Below are positions 21,457-32,706 of a DNA stretch of 64,000 bases, piece after piece (the stretch's first letter is position 1; each line of letters opens with the position of its first letter). The stretch is from an uncultured Pseudoteredinibacter sp. (GTDB taxonomy: Bacteria; Pseudomonadota; Gammaproteobacteria; Pseudomonadales; Cellvibrionaceae). Position numbers and translations under genes: made by a program. The stretch lies in the NCBI RefSeq assembly GCF_947502065.1, contig NZ_CANMYE010000014.1, forward strand, positions 140 to 64,139, written 5' to 3'. The notes under the pieces were generated by a model, which was given only the letters and a program-made list of their open reading frames with translations, did no database searches and was not told where the DNA came from.

Positions 21457-23338
21457 GTAATTCCCCCCACCTAATTATCCACTGAACAATAAAGTAGATA
21501 TTCCATATCACTGTAGATTCTCGTCGCTGCCCCCTCGCTCGCTTAAGATACCTAAGGGTTTCAGGGACATTAAAAATAGGCATAATCGACTGAGAGTCAA
21601 CAAGATTTTTTTCTACCAAACTGGGAATTACTTCTCCCAACCAATCATCAACAGGAACACAAAAACCCATCTTCTTCCTGTAGAGGATATTTTTGTCTAC
21701 GATAGGCTCCATTGATTTTTTTAAAATATACTTGGGAATTCCATTTTTATACTTCAATCTAGACGGAATATTCATCCCAAACTGTACTAACTCATGATCC
21801 AAGAAGGGAACTCTTGCCTCTATCGAATGGCTCGATGTTATTTTATCCATCCTATATAAAAAATAGTTGGGGTGAACGTCCATTAACGAGGAATAACACA
21901 TCCAACTAACAGAGTCCTCGCGTTCGAAACCAGACCCAATATAGCCATCCATTAACTCAACAGCATTTTGAATATATGCTACAGGGCGATCACCCGAGAG
22001 CATGCGCGATATATCTCGAACCACATTCGGCTTAATACCTCCATCGCCCGGCGCATAGGCCCCCAAACCAGCATTTACCCTTCTCAAGTACTCGCCTAAC
22101 CTAGAACCTTTCGCTCCACTAACATCTACCATCTTCAGCAGCACCCTCGGAATAAAGGACACTCGCAACAGTAAATTCGTTATTCCTTCGACTTTTTTGT
22201 ACTTTGCCCAGCTCTTGTACCCATAAAATATCTCATCAGCACCGTCACCCGTAAGGATAACCTTGGTACCTTTTGTTTTTGCCTCTTGAGACAAATAATG
22301 AATTGGTATAGAGGTTGGATCCGCTAAAGGGTCATCAAAGATTTCAACCATATTAGGCAAACTCTCGATCAGAGACTCTTTATTCACCATTACAGTTTTG
22401 TGATCGGTATTGAATTGTCTTGCGACTTTTTCCGCATACTCTATTTCAGTAAAATCTTCTGCACCTTCAAATCCAATACTAAACGTATCGATACTATCTC
22501 TTGAGTGCCTTCTCATCAACGCAACTATCGCGCTTGAGTCAACCCCCCCACTAAGAAAGCATCCAATTGGCACATCACTTTGCATTTGCCCTGATACCGC
22601 ACATGATAACTTTTCAAGCAGCAAATTGGATACTTCATCTTCAGTCATTCTCGAAACCAATTTATCTCTTGCTAAACTCCAATAGCGATTGACTTTGATT
22701 TCCCCACCATGACTGACTTCAACATAACATCCAGGAGGAACTTTCTTCACATACTTATATACTGTCTTATTCCCACTTTGCCTATTTGATGTCATGTAAT
22801 TCTCAATTGCTTCATCTTCGACATCAGGGATAAACTCATCGAGGGTTGACAAAGCAGTAAGCTCGGATGAAAAAGCAAAGAAGCTTCCGTAACTGAAGTA
22901 ATATAGAGGCTTAATACCCAACCTATCTCTTACAAGGTAGAGTTTATCGTCATGCTTCTTATACAACGCGAAAGCGAACATTCCGTTTAACTTGGACAGC
23001 GCACCCATCCCCTCTTGGAGCAGAATCTTCTCCAATACTTCAGTATCGCAAGTCGAAGAATAATTTTTATCGGAAATGAAACCTTTTAGACTATTACAGT
23101 TATATAATTCGCCATTGTATACGAGAACAATATCTTCGTTGTCTATAGGTTGATCTCCATCATTAGAAAGATCCAGAATGGCTAGCCGCTGATGTCCTAA
23201 CACCATTGACCCATTATAATTCTCCCAAATCCCGCTAGAATCCGGCCCACGATGTAAAATAGCGCTATTCATTTTTTGAACTTTTCTCGCCATATCTTCG
23301 CCTTCACCGTGACACCAAACCCCATTGATACCACACAT
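21431..23338 (-). CDS. Asparagine synthase-like glutamine amidotransferase (polysaccharide amidation)
   Basis: Ntn start M-C-G at ATG 23338; HQRLAILDL, RDRLGIKPLY, LSGGVDSS, TGDGADE and EARVPFLD motifs. Confidence 0.92.
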   Translation of the reverse strand: MCGINGVWCHGEGEDMARKVQKMNSAILHRGPDSSGIWENYNGSMVLGHQRLAILDLSNDGDQPIDNEDIVLVYNGELYNCNSLKGFISDKNYSSTCDTEVLEKILLQEGMGALSKLNGMFAFALYKKHDDKLYLVRDRLGIKPLYYFSYGSFFAFSSELTALSTLDEFIPDVEDEAIENYMTSNRQSGNKTVYKYVKKVPPGCYVEVSHGGEIKVNRYWSLARDKLVSRMTEDEVSNLLLEKLSCAVSGQMQSDVPIGCFLSGGVDSSAIVALMRRHSRDSIDTFSIGFEGAEDFTEIEYAEKVARQFNTDHKTVMVNKESLIESLPNMVEIFDDPLADPTSIPIHYLSQEAKTKGTKVILTGDGADEIFYGYKSWAKYKKVEGITNLLLRVSFIPRVLLKMVDVSGAKGSRLGEYLRRVNAGLGAYAPGDGGIKPNVVRDISRMLSGDRPVAYIQNAVELMDGYIGSGFEREDSVSWMCYSSLMDVHPNYFLYRMDKITSSHSIEARVPFLDHELVQFGMNIPSRLKYKNGIPKYILKKSMEPIVDKNILYRKKMGFCVPVDDWLGEVIPSLVEKNLVDSQSIMPIFNVPETLRYLKRARGQRRESTVIWNIYFIVQWIIRWGELHEKNDGNN

Positions 23339-24465
23339 CACATCTCCCTCAACTTGTAGAGCTTTAGGTACTGCTTCGAAGAATTTTCGTATGTGTACTT
23401 CCGCCTAACATACGCTCTGCCTTTCTCTGCTACACTTTCTCTGTAAACCTTATCATTCATTAATCGCCTCAAAATACTCTCAAGGTTTCTTTCATTACCT
23501 GCAACCAGGCCACCTTCAAACCTCATATGCTCCACCACCCCTGGTGAGTCAGCCATTACAATAGATGGCAACCCAAATCCCATCGCCTCGACCACAGAAT
23601 TCCCAAAAGACTCCGACTTGTCAGTTGGAAATATAAAACAATCCATTAGTCTTAAATAGTTAGATACATCCTCTTGCTCACCTACAAAGAAGCAACGATT
23701 TTCTACCGATAACTCAATAGCTAACCTTTCTAACCTTGCCCTATCAGGTCCATCACCCACTATACATGCAACAACGCCTTTAACAGATGCAACAAGTCTT
23801 AGGAGATATTCGACTCTTTTAAGCGCACGTAAATTAGCTGTAATTCCGATGCAGAAATCAACAGTGCTTATTCCAATAGCTTGCCTCAATTCACAAGCTT
23901 TTTCTTTAGACACCAACAAATCAAAGTCCACCCCATTGTAAGTTACCTCTACATTCTTACCCTTCAACTTAAACAACCGTTTCGCTACTTCAGCCGCATG
24001 CTCTGTATTAGCTGACACAGAGAAATGCCCCCCTCTTAGCAACCACCCTATTGCTCCATAAGTAGACTTCCGCTTTAACCCGTAGTTGTGGTCTCCAGCC
24101 CTATGGGTGTATACAAACTTTACGCCTGATGCAAACAACGAAAGATACATTTCAAATGGTTGGGGCGAATGAAAATGTACATAGTCCATTCTTTTAAAAA
24201 TATTGATTATATCTATCGAATAACGAGGGTCTAATTTTCCTCTACCTCTAGCAACTGAAACATCCACATTCAGCTCGCTAACTCGCTGAGCGTAGTAACC
24301 GGGATTACTTAAAACTAATAAACTAGGAATTACGCCCTTTTGCCCAACCTGACTTCTTATTAATTGATATATTGCGCGTTCGGCCCCACCGACACACATA
24401 CTATTGGACACATGTAATATGCGAATACCATCAATGTTTTTACTGATCAACTCCTCGCTCCCCAA
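23338..24465 (-). CDS. Glycosyltransferase family 4
   Basis: GGAERA, VTYNGVD and ESFGNSVVEAMGFGLP motifs. Confidence 0.9.
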   Translation of the reverse strand: MGSEELISKNIDGIRILHVSNSMCVGGAERAIYQLIRSQVGQKGVIPSLLVLSNPGYYAQRVSELNVDVSVARGRGKLDPRYSIDIINIFKRMDYVHFHSPQPFEMYLSLFASGVKFVYTHRAGDHNYGLKRKSTYGAIGWLLRGGHFSVSANTEHAAEVAKRLFKLKGKNVEVTYNGVDFDLLVSKEKACELRQAIGISTVDFCIGITANLRALKRVEYLLRLVASVKGVVACIVGDGPDRARLERLAIELSVENRCFFVGEQEDVSNYLRLMDCFIFPTDKSESFGNSVVEAMGFGLPSIVMADSPGVVEHMRFEGGLVAGNERNLESILRRLMNDKVYRESVAEKGRAYVRRKYTYENSSKQYLKLYKLREM

Positions 24466-25850
24466 GAATGGACAATAGCTGGAAGATAAAACGTTGAGGT
24501 AGCTATCAAAGAGAACAAAACTGAGAAGGCAAGCCCGACAATCCCCACCGCACCAACTTCCACAGCGATAAGCACAGTTAGAGCAGTAAGAAACATCGAA
24601 TACAGGAGCGCCATGAACACACTAGTGAACTGCTTCTTACAGTCCTCCGTGTATTTATACAAATAATAACCGCTTAAAATATAGTTAACTAATTTAGAAA
24701 CTGTATACATAACACAAGCCCCCTTTAGCCCAAATATACTCCCACCCAACACAAGCATAGCTGTCACTATAAACTTTAAAATGGATAAATTTATAAACTT
24801 GGTCACTTTCCCTACGGACGGATAATATATATTTAGTAAACCGTCTAAAAGTTGAAGCGCGATTCCAAGTGCAGCTATAGGAAATATCCCAACCAAACCA
24901 AGCCACTCTTCTCCTAAAGCAGACCTCACCAAGTATTCCGAGTATACAAATGCAACCGAACATAAGGGAAATAACAACAAAATAGAGAAGCTGGAAATCG
25001 AAGCGAGTTTTTCTATAGGAAAATTATCCTTCTCTTTCGAAAAGTACGGAAACAAAACTGTAACCATAACCTGCGTGACTTTCCTTAGGGGCGAAGATAC
25101 AACCTTCATTAGGAACGAATAAAGCCCAAAGCCTGATGCCGACAGGGCCTTGGAAAGTATTAGGAGATCAATGTTCTTCTCAAAGTAGACTATCACTTCT
25201 CCAATTTTGTACTTTATGGAATATTCTACCAATCCTTTTACTTCGCTAAAATTGAAGTATAGCTTTCCGGGCCAACGATCTGAAAACATAAATATTACTA
25301 AGTAACCAGCGTGAAGCAGCACAAGTTGTATAACAAGCGCATATACACCATAACTTGCGAAAGCCGCATAAACTGCTACCATCCCCGATATAGTAACTGA
25401 CACCACATCGAACACCGCCAGCCTTGCAAATTTCATTTTTTTTTCATTTATCCTCCTCTGAATTATATAAAGAGGCCTCATAACAAATATAAATGAAAAC
25501 AAGGGGATTAATTCAGACAGTTGATTCTGGCCAAAAATACTCACTGCTATTGGACGCAATAAGTTCAACACAAAAACGGAACATACTCCCAGAGCCAACC
25601 CAAGCCAAAAAAGGGTCGATATCTGGTTCTCGGATATGTGTTTTTTATTTATTATTGCTTGCCCAAAACCCACACTAGATAGCATTGTTACAAAATTTGA
25701 AAACAGAAGAATCATTGCAATCAGCGCAAAGTCTTCAGGCTTAAGGTATCTAGCCAACACCCCCACAACCAATATACTAAATAGCTGCTGGTAAACCGCA
25801 GACAGAGCAGTTACTCCACCGCCAAGGAATAAGCGCTTTATCATAAACAA
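24447..25850 (-). CDS. wzx: Wzx flippase (PST/MOP family)
   Basis: [16 protein letters not shown]-terminal motif and about 12 hydrophobic segments. Confidence 0.85.
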   Translation of the reverse strand: MFMIKRLFLGGGVTALSAVYQQLFSILVVGVLARYLKPEDFALIAMILLFSNFVTMLSSVGFGQAIINKKHISENQISTLFWLGLALGVCSVFVLNLLRPIAVSIFGQNQLSELIPLFSFIFVMRPLYIIQRRINEKKMKFARLAVFDVVSVTISGMVAVYAAFASYGVYALVIQLVLLHAGYLVIFMFSDRWPGKLYFNFSEVKGLVEYSIKYKIGEVIVYFEKNIDLLILSKALSASGFGLYSFLMKVVSSPLRKVTQVMVTVLFPYFSKEKDNFPIEKLASISSFSILLLFPLCSVAFVYSEYLVRSALGEEWLGLVGIFPIAALGIALQLLDGLLNIYYPSVGKVTKFINLSILKFIVTAMLVLGGSIFGLKGACVMYTVSKLVNYILSGYYLYKYTEDCKKQFTSVFMALLYSMFLTALTVLIAVEVGAVGIVGLAFSVLFSLIATSTFYLPAIVHSWGARS

Positions 25851-26326
25851 AGTTTTCTACGTTCTAATAGCTCCTCAGTCTTGCAAATAACCTTGGCAGG
25901 GTTTCCACCAACGACTGAGTTCGCGGGAACATCTTTGGTAACGACCGCACCAGCGGCAACTATCGCACCCTCCCCTACAGTAACCCCCATTAGAACTATC
26001 GCTCCAAATCCAATGAACACACCGTCTTCTACAACCACCTCTTTAGTTACAGAAGGTCGACCTCTCTCAAAGCCCATCAACCTGTTTGTCGATGCATCAT
26101 GCCCTAGGACAGTGCAGCCCGTAAGCACGCAGTCACTACCAATGGTAATCGGATCTCTGCCTCCGTTACCAAACCTCACGGTCTTGTAAATTGCTGTGTT
26201 TTCTCCTATTTCCATTCCTATATTTCTGTAAAATTGCGCCACCTCATACGCATCTTTAGCCAATGTAAATAGTAACTTGCTTTTTAGTTTTCTAAATATT
26301 TTCAAGATATTCATAATTGCTTCCAT
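25841..26326 (-). CDS. Hexapeptide-repeat O-acetyltransferase
   Basis: [39 protein letters not shown] and VGGNPAKVI motifs. Confidence 0.88.
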   Translation of the reverse strand: MEAIMNILKIFRKLKSKLLFTLAKDAYEVAQFYRNIGMEIGENTAIYKTVRFGNGGRDPITIGSDCVLTGCTVLGHDASTNRLMGFERGRPSVTKEVVVEDGVFIGFGAIVLMGVTVGEGAIVAAGAVVTKDVPANSVVGGNPAKVICKTEELLERRKLCL

Positions 26327-26352
26327 ATCTCATACCAGTATTACTCCGTACA

Positions 26353-27594
26353 CTAGAATATACCCTTAGTGTCTATAACTACTTTTTCACTTAACAACCT
26401 GCGCTCTATAGAGAGGAACTCCTTATGATCTACTAACAGAACAATTATATTCGCTCGTTCCAATGCAGGGACTACTGGTAATAGCTCCAGTCCTTTTGAC
26501 GCTAGACTTTCAGGCAGGCTGGTAATATTCGGCTCTACCACCAAAACCTCACCAATTCCCATTTCAGAAACTTCTTCAACAATTCTCATAGACGGGCTTT
26601 CTCGAAGATCATCTATATCAGCTTTAAAGGTCAACCCAAGAAAAGCCAGCACTGGTTTTTTGTATTGATCTGCTGATTTTATAACTTTGTCAATAACATG
26701 ATACGGCTTTCGATCATTTACCTTTCTAGCCTGCTGAATCAACTTCGCTTCTTCAGGACAACTGCTTACTATGAACCAAGGATCAACGGCAATACAATGC
26801 CCTCCGACACCAGGACCAGGGCTCAATACATTCACCCTTGGGTGTCTATTTGATAGCCTTATTAACTCCCATACATTTATTTTCAATTTCTCGCAGATCA
26901 CCGACAACTCATTTGCGAAAGCTATATTCACATCCCGGAAAGCATTTTCCGTCAGTTTCGCCATTTCCGCAGTTCTTGATTTCGTAGTTATACATTCACC
27001 TTTAACGAAAATTTTATATAATTCCACCGCTTTACGGCTGCACTCAGCAGAAAGACCTCCAACCACACGATCATTGGTCACTAGTTCCTGGAGCACCGAA
27101 CCGGGCATAACCCTTTCTGGACAATGAGCAATTTTAATATCAGCTTCCTCCCCCTTATCAAGTGGAGTTGTTAGATCAGGCCTATATTCTTTTAACCAAC
27201 ACGCAACTTTCTCAGTAGTACCAACAGGAGAGGTGCTCTCTAGTATCACTAAATTTTCTTTGCTTAATGCTGGCGCTATAGACTTAATAGCTTCTTTAAT
27301 ATAACTGAGATCTGGTTCATTGTTCCCCACCTTAAATGGTGTCGGCACAGCAATTAAGAAAGCTTCCGCTGGCTCTGGCTCAGTTGTCGCTCTAAGCTTT
27401 CCTGTTGTTACGGCAGCCTTCACTACGATATCTAGATCCGGCTCGACTATATGCACCCCACCGCTATTAATTGTATTAACAGCTTCTGTACTGATATCAA
27501 CACCAATAACATTGACACCTCTAGATGCTAATATGGCTGCAGTAGGCAGCCCTATATAGCCCAGCCCAATAACGGATACGGTTTTAAAATTCAT
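26353..27594 (-). CDS. wecC: UDP-N-acetyl-D-mannosamine dehydrogenase
   Basis: [18 protein letters not shown] and [16 protein letters not shown]. Likely start is ATG 27594 (ATGA overlap with the wecB stop). Confidence 0.93.
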   Translation of the reverse strand: MNFKTVSVIGLGYIGLPTAAILASRGVNVIGVDISTEAVNTINSGGVHIVEPDLDIVVKAAVTTGKLRATTEPEPAEAFLIAVPTPFKVGNNEPDLSYIKEAIKSIAPALSKENLVILESTSPVGTTEKVACWLKEYRPDLTTPLDKGEEADIKIAHCPERVMPGSVLQELVTNDRVVGGLSAECSRKAVELYKIFVKGECITTKSRTAEMAKLTENAFRDVNIAFANELSVICEKLKINVWELIRLSNRHPRVNVLSPGPGVGGHCIAVDPWFIVSSCPEEAKLIQQARKVNDRKPYHVIDKVIKSADQYKKPVLAFLGLTFKADIDDLRESPSMRIVEEVSEMGIGEVLVVEPNITSLPESLASKGLELLPVVPALERANIIVLLVDHKEFLSIERRLLSEKVVIDTKGIF

Positions 27595-28730
27595 ATATTT
27601 ACTACTCGCTTTACACCTGGAGCTAATGATTCTGATATTCTGCTGCATGCCATGCCATCACCATAGGGATTGATAGCTTTAGCCATATCCTTGTAGCTTG
27701 AACGTGACTCGAAAAGCCCACTTACCGCATTAACTATTCTTTCAACACTCGTACCAACTAACCTAACTGTTCCTGCATCTACAGCCTCTGGCCTTTCAGT
27801 GTTTTCTCGCATTACTAAAACAGGCTTACCCAGAGATGGAGCCTCCTCTTGCACTCCGCCAGAGTCGGTCAAAATTAGATATGATTTATTCATTAGGTAT
27901 ACAAATGGGAGATAATCTAGAGAGTTGATTAAGTATACATTTTCCAAGTTATTTAAAAGTCGATTTACAGGCTCTTGCACATTTGGGTTTAAGTGAACTG
28001 GATAAACGATTTGGGCATCTGGATATTTATTTGCTATTTTTCTTATAGCTTCACATATCCTCTCAAAGCCACCACCAAAAGATTCTCTACGGTGGCCTGT
28101 TACGAGTATCATTTTCTTATTATCATCGAGAAATCCAAAGCATTTCGCCGCTGTTGCTCTGAGCTCTTCATCCTTATCCATTCGCGCTACTACCCACTGC
28201 AAAGCATCAATTACCGTGTTCCCAGTAATCCAAATATTCTCTTCAGGTATTCCTTCAGATAAGAGGTTTTGCTTTGACTTTTCCGTTGGGCAGAAATGAT
28301 AAGACGCTATCGCACCAGTCAGCTTTCTGTTCATTTCTTCTGGCCAGGGTGAGTATATATTTCCGGTACGTAAGCCTGCCTCAACGTGGCCAACTGGTAT
28401 TTGTTCATAGTAAGCTGCCAAACTCGCCGCGAAGGTTGTTGATGTATCACCGTGCACTAGTACAACATCTGGCTTGCTATCGCGTAGCACCTCTCTCATC
28501 CCTAGGAGAATTTTAGAGCTGATATCGTATAGATCTTGCCCCGGCGCCATGATATCTAAGTCATAGTCAGGTTTTAGTTCAAATAAACCCAACACTTGAT
28601 CCAACATTTCTCTATGCTGAGCTGTTACACACAACACACTTTCGAAATTCGGATTTTTTTCTAGAGAACGCACCAGTGGCGCCATCTTTATGGCCTCTGG
28701 ACGAGTGCCAAATACAGTTAGAATTTTCAT
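27591..28730 (-). CDS. wecB: UDP-N-acetylglucosamine 2-epimerase (non-hydrolysing)
   Basis: [43 protein letters not shown] and NPYGDG motifs. Confidence 0.96.
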   Translation of the reverse strand: MKILTVFGTRPEAIKMAPLVRSLEKNPNFESVLCVTAQHREMLDQVLGLFELKPDYDLDIMAPGQDLYDISSKILLGMREVLRDSKPDVVLVHGDTSTTFAASLAAYYEQIPVGHVEAGLRTGNIYSPWPEEMNRKLTGAIASYHFCPTEKSKQNLLSEGIPEENIWITGNTVIDALQWVVARMDKDEELRATAAKCFGFLDDNKKMILVTGHRRESFGGGFERICEAIRKIANKYPDAQIVYPVHLNPNVQEPVNRLLNNLENVYLINSLDYLPFVYLMNKSYLILTDSGGVQEEAPSLGKPVLVMRENTERPEAVDAGTVRLVGTSVERIVNAVSGLFESRSSYKDMAKAINPYGDGMACSRISESLAPGVKRVVNI

Positions 28731-28745
28731 TAAAGATCCCTCTAC

Positions 28746-30656
28746 TTAGTAGATATCCTTCGCAAAAAGCGTGAATGGCGTCTTAGCCAATATCTTCATA
28801 TCCAGCCACAGCGACCAGTTATTGATATAGGCCATATCAAACTCCACACGCTTTTCCATTTTATCCAGCGTTTCTGTTTCACCGCGGCAGCCGCTTACTT
28901 GGGCTAGGCCTGTGATGCCAGGCTTAATTCTGTGGCGCGCTAAATAGCGGTTTATTTTTTTGCTATAAAAGTGATTGTGCGCTACTGCGTGTGGGCGCGG
29001 GCCCACTAGGCTCATGCGGCCCTGCAATACATTTATTAGTTGGGGCAGCTCATCGATGGAAGTGCGGCGAATAAATTTACCTATGGGGGTTACTCTATCG
29101 TCGTTTTTGGTCGCTTGTTTTACTTCGCCGCCTGCCTCATCGTGTTGGCGCATGCTGCGGAACTTCCACACTTCAATAATGCTGCCATCCCAGCCGTGGC
29201 GCTGCTGCTTAAAAATTACTGGGCCTTTCGAGCTTAGTTTTACCAGTGCCGCTATGGTTAGCATGATGGGCGATAGCGCAATTAGGGCCAGTAATGCGAT
29301 GCTTCTATCCATTAAGTCTTTTAGCACGGTAGATAAGCGCGAGCTGGTTAGCGGGCTTTCGTTTAGTGATATCAGTGGTACGCCGCCCACTTCACGTACT
29401 GAGTGGTTTACTAGGTTTAGGGCAGAGATATCTGGTGCCCAGATGATGTCTACATTGGCATCCATTAGCTCGATGTTTAGTTTGCTTACTTGTTGGGATA
29501 GCAACATAGGCAGGGCTATGTAGATGCGTTTTATGCCGCAGGCTTCTACGATTTTTATTAGCGAGCTGATGTGGTTTATTTCTGTGTAGGCGGCCAGCTC
29601 TTCTAGTTTTTGTTTTTGGGCTTGGTTTTTGTTGTGGTTTACTACTAGGGATAGGCGGTTTGTGAATGAGGCTGGGGCCGCATTTTGATTAGTGGCTTCG
29701 ATTTTGGGGTCAGATCCCTTGGGATCTGACCCCGTGTGTGGCGTTGCTTCGCTCGCCTTGAACTCTGTGAAGGCGGGTTTGTTTAGGTAGGTGCTGCTTA
29801 GCTTGCCGATGATGGGGACGTTGGCTAGTTTGCGGTTTAGCTTTACGTTGAATAGGCGCTTGCGCTTTTGGGCGAAGACATCGAGTGTTTTTTCTTCGCC
29901 TAATTCTTGTGCGGCTGCGTATTCGCTTTCGGCTACGCTGGTTTGTAGCCCTGGCTGTAAATCCGGCTCGCCCTCTACTTTAATTGTAGCCACTACATTA
30001 TCGCGCACCCATGGGTTGCGGTTTAGGCTGTTTACTAATTGCTGGGCGATTGCTCCGCTACCGATAACTAATGTGGGTATAGAGTGGGAATGGTGAGCGC
30101 GATACATACGCGTTAAATAATGGAAGGCAAAGTAAGCAGCTATTTGGCCTGCCCATGCTGTTGCAAACCACACTAATAAAACTTCGCGCGAATAGGTGAC
30201 GCTGGTTTTGGTAATAAAACCCAGCACTGCCAACAAAGCGACTGTAGTAGCCCATGCAATACTAATGCGCAGCACACTATTAAAGTGCCCTGTCGATCGG
30301 CGGTGTATGCCTTGGCTGCTATATACAAAGGCAATGGCAAAGGCACTGAGCACCGCAAGCACACGATAGTCAGAGCTGATAGCACCCATCTTTATATAGG
30401 CAAGCGTGCAAAGGCTGGCAACTACCCAAGCGATATCGCAGGCCAGTTGTAAAAATGCCACTAGGTTTTGATTGTTTTTTAGCAGGCGCCGGCCTTGAGG
30501 CACATCTACCCCTGCCTGGGGCAATATTGCCTGCTGAATAGCTTCAGAATTTACGGCGGCGCCAAATGCCGGCTCGTTTAACCCTGCCTGCTGTATGTTG
30601 TTGTTTGCTATATGCTCGCCTGCCATATTGGCGGCGTGATTTCCCTGTGACTCCAT
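28746..30656 (-). CDS. wcaJ: Undecaprenyl-phosphate glucose phosphotransferase with a large internal insertion
   Basis: N-terminal TMs, LVIGSG, KFRSM, RRTSIDELPQL, MSLVGPRP and KPGITGLAQV. At 636 aa it carries an extra low-complexity segment containing a REP. Confidence 0.92.
   Translation of the reverse strand: MESQGNHAANMAGEHIANNNIQQAGLNEPAFGAAVNSEAIQQAILPQAGVDVPQGRRLLKNNQNLVAFLQLACDIAWVVASLCTLAYIKMGAISSDYRVLAVLSAFAIAFVYSSQGIHRRSTGHFNSVLRISIAWATTVALLAVLGFITKTSVTYSREVLLVWFATAWAGQIAAYFAFHYLTRMYRAHHSHSIPTLVIGSGAIAQQLVNSLNRNPWVRDNVVATIKVEGEPDLQPGLQTSVAESEYAAAQELGEEKTLDVFAQKRKRLFNVKLNRKLANVPIIGKLSSTYLNKPAFTEFKASEATPHTGSDPKGSDPKIEATNQNAAPASFTNRLSLVVNHNKNQAQKQKLEELAAYTEINHISSLIKIVEACGIKRIYIALPMLLSQQVSKLNIELMDANVDIIWAPDISALNLVNHSVREVGGVPLISLNESPLTSSRLSTVLKDLMDRSIALLALIALSPIMLTIAALVKLSSKGPVIFKQQRHGWDGSIIEVWKFRSMRQHDEAGGEVKQATKNDDRVTPIGKFIRRTSIDELPQLINVLQGRMSLVGPRPHAVAHNHFYSKKINRYLARHRIKPGITGLAQVSGCRGETETLDKMEKRVEFDMAYINNWSLWLDMKILAKTPFTLFAKDIY
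29706..29733 (+). repeat. REP palindrome, T-type, inside the wcaJ coding sequence
   Basis: GGCTTCGATTTT-GGGGTCAGATCCC-TT-GGGATCTGACCCC; translates in frame as (T)GSDPKGSDP(K). Confidence 0.95.
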
Positions 30657-31848
30657 GATCCGCTCCGAGCGTTGTCACATTCCTATTAATCCGTTACATC
30701 CTGGATTTATGTCAGCCGTCTGTGCAGCCTCTTACATCTATTTACTTCTACGCTTATAACCTACTGATCTTGCAATTGGCCGTTTTTATAAATGCTGGCA
30801 TATATAAAAACAGACAAAAAAATGCATCAAACATGAGCGCTAATCACCTTTAAGGCACTCTTGTTTATTTCATTGGTTTGGGGGCTTTATGTTTATCGAA
30901 GGCTTACTCTTATTCTTTCGCTAGAGCTAATAGCTTCGATTGATTGGAATAGTTGGTTGGCTTAGCGCGGCTTAATACCACTGTTTACCGCAGCGTTATG
31001 TCAGTAAATCACCGTCCCGGTGAACTTCATACCGACCGCCGCTTGTAAAGCCAACCCAGCAGTTTCTGGCCTCCCTTTAGCTCACTCTTTTTGGCGCGCT
31101 AATCTACCCTTTTAACTGCGAGAACACCCTATTTCCCTTGGCCTTTTCCAAACTCCGTCTTAGAAATCTCCCTGGTTCTTTATGTTGAACCTAATAAATT
31201 TGATCCCAAATACTTAGCTGGCAGAATCTTATCTTGCCACTATGTAATTTTTTTTACGGATTTAACTTTATTACTTTTTAACTATAAATCCTTAAGAATT
31301 GGCGAGCAGTCTAAGTAATTAAGTTGATGCGAGCAACATTATTAATGTGAGCTGAATCACGATTTTGTGGTTTTTGGTGTTTTAAGCGACAAAATGTCGA
31401 TAACTGGCTGGACAACTCGGTTTTTATAAGATTAAGGAATTTGCAGGCATTTTTATAATAACCAAAGGGATTTAATAAGGTTTGTATTTTTAGGAGTTAT
31501 ATAAACTTTAGAGCCAGAGTATTTGTCGTTTTTTCAGGGTTAGCTCGAAATAAGACTTTAAAACTAAACATTCCTATCAGTTAGCTTATACGACAGGCAC
31601 TTAAGTTTTGTCGCGTTAGTCGTTTTTTTAGGAAATTTTATTTACCTAAGTTCATTAGCTTTGTTAGAATTTTAAGTGGTCTTAGATTGCAGCGCCATTT
31701 GCGATTGTTAATGCTTCCTTAGAAGATGTACGGCTGACAGTACTAGAGGTATCCAAAGCACTTAAGCAACCTAGGCAACACGGCGCAAAACAGCATTGAA
31801 GCTGCAATGGAAGAAAAAGCGATTGAACGCATTCAAGGAGAAACCTCA

Positions 31849-32592
31849 ATGCCTAGTTTATTCAGAAAGGGCGTATCGCCCCTGCTGTTATCATTGCTAT
31901 TGCCTTTAATGGCCAATGCCGATGTAGCATCCGATTTATCCAATAATGTTCCTATTGCCGATGTACTGGCAAATGCTATTGCTGACGGCATGACTGCCGA
32001 AGAAGCCGTAGCCGTTATTGCGGCCAATGATGCCTCACAAGTAGCTGCCGCTGTAGCAGCGGCTGTAGCGGCTAACCCGGCGGCGGCTGTAAGCATTACC
32101 CAAGCGGCTATCGCTGCAGTGCCAGCCCAGGCGGCGGTGATTGCCTCAGCTGCAGTTAGTGCGGCGCCTAATAATGCACAAGCTATTACCAATGCAGCAG
32201 TAACCGCAGCACCTACCGCAGCTGAAGCGATTGTTGGCGCAGCGGTAACAGCGGCCCCACAAGTGGCAAATAATATTGTACAGGGTGCAACTCAAGCGCA
32301 ACCTGGCAACAACACTAACTTTGTTCAGGCCGCGATTGCTGCCAACCCAACGGTTGCAGGCCAAGTAACCGGTGCGACGGCGGCTGGTGGCCAGCAAGGT
32401 AATGCTGGTGACTCAGGTAATACTGGGAATACCGGTGATACCGGCAACACTGGTAATACGGGCAATACCGGAAATACCGGTAACGCAGGAACTGGTAATG
32501 CTGGAGCAGGCGGTGCTGGTGGCGCCGGTGGTTCTGGTGGTGCCGGCGGCGGTGGTGGCGGCGGCGGCGGCGGTGGTGCCAGCCCTGCCTAA
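31849..32592 (+). CDS. Secreted Ala-rich 15-aa-repeat / Gly-X-Y repeat protein
   Basis: AAGGAG RBS before ATG 31849, Sec signal ending ANA, seven 15-aa repeats, eleven Gly-X-Y triplets, poly-Gly tail, own terminator. Confidence 0.8.
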   Translation: MPSLFRKGVSPLLLSLLLPLMANADVASDLSNNVPIADVLANAIADGMTAEEAVAVIAANDASQVAAAVAAAVAANPAAAVSITQAAIAAVPAQAAVIASAAVSAAPNNAQAITNAAVTAAPTAAEAIVGAAVTAAPQVANNIVQGATQAQPGNNTNFVQAAIAANPTVAGQVTGATAAGGQQGNAGDSGNTGNTGDTGNTGNTGNTGNTGNAGTGNAGAGGAGGAGGSGGAGGGGGGGGGGGASPA

Positions 32593-32630
32593 GCTTTGTG
32601 TTTACGGCTTAACGTAAACATACATTACAT

Positions 32631-32663
32631 AATAAAGCGCCCTTTGCGGCGCTTTATTTTTGT
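32631..32663 (+). terminator. Rho-independent terminator
   Basis: AATAAAGCGCC-CTTTGC-GGCGCTTTATT followed by a T run. Confidence 0.8.
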
Positions 32664-32706
32664 CTGCAACACCCTGCCTTTATAAAAATAACTTTATGGA
32701 TGATGT

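Noticed and set aside
31030-31050. ops/JUMPstart-like GGCGGTCG upstream of wcaJ (also GCCGGTAG near 5260)
   Set aside because: Neither matches GGCGGTAG, and the rest of the JUMPstart consensus is absent.
31833-32617. Alternative-frame ORFs over the Ala/Gly-rich gene
   Set aside because: Expected by-products of GC-rich low-complexity codons; no RBS or motifs.
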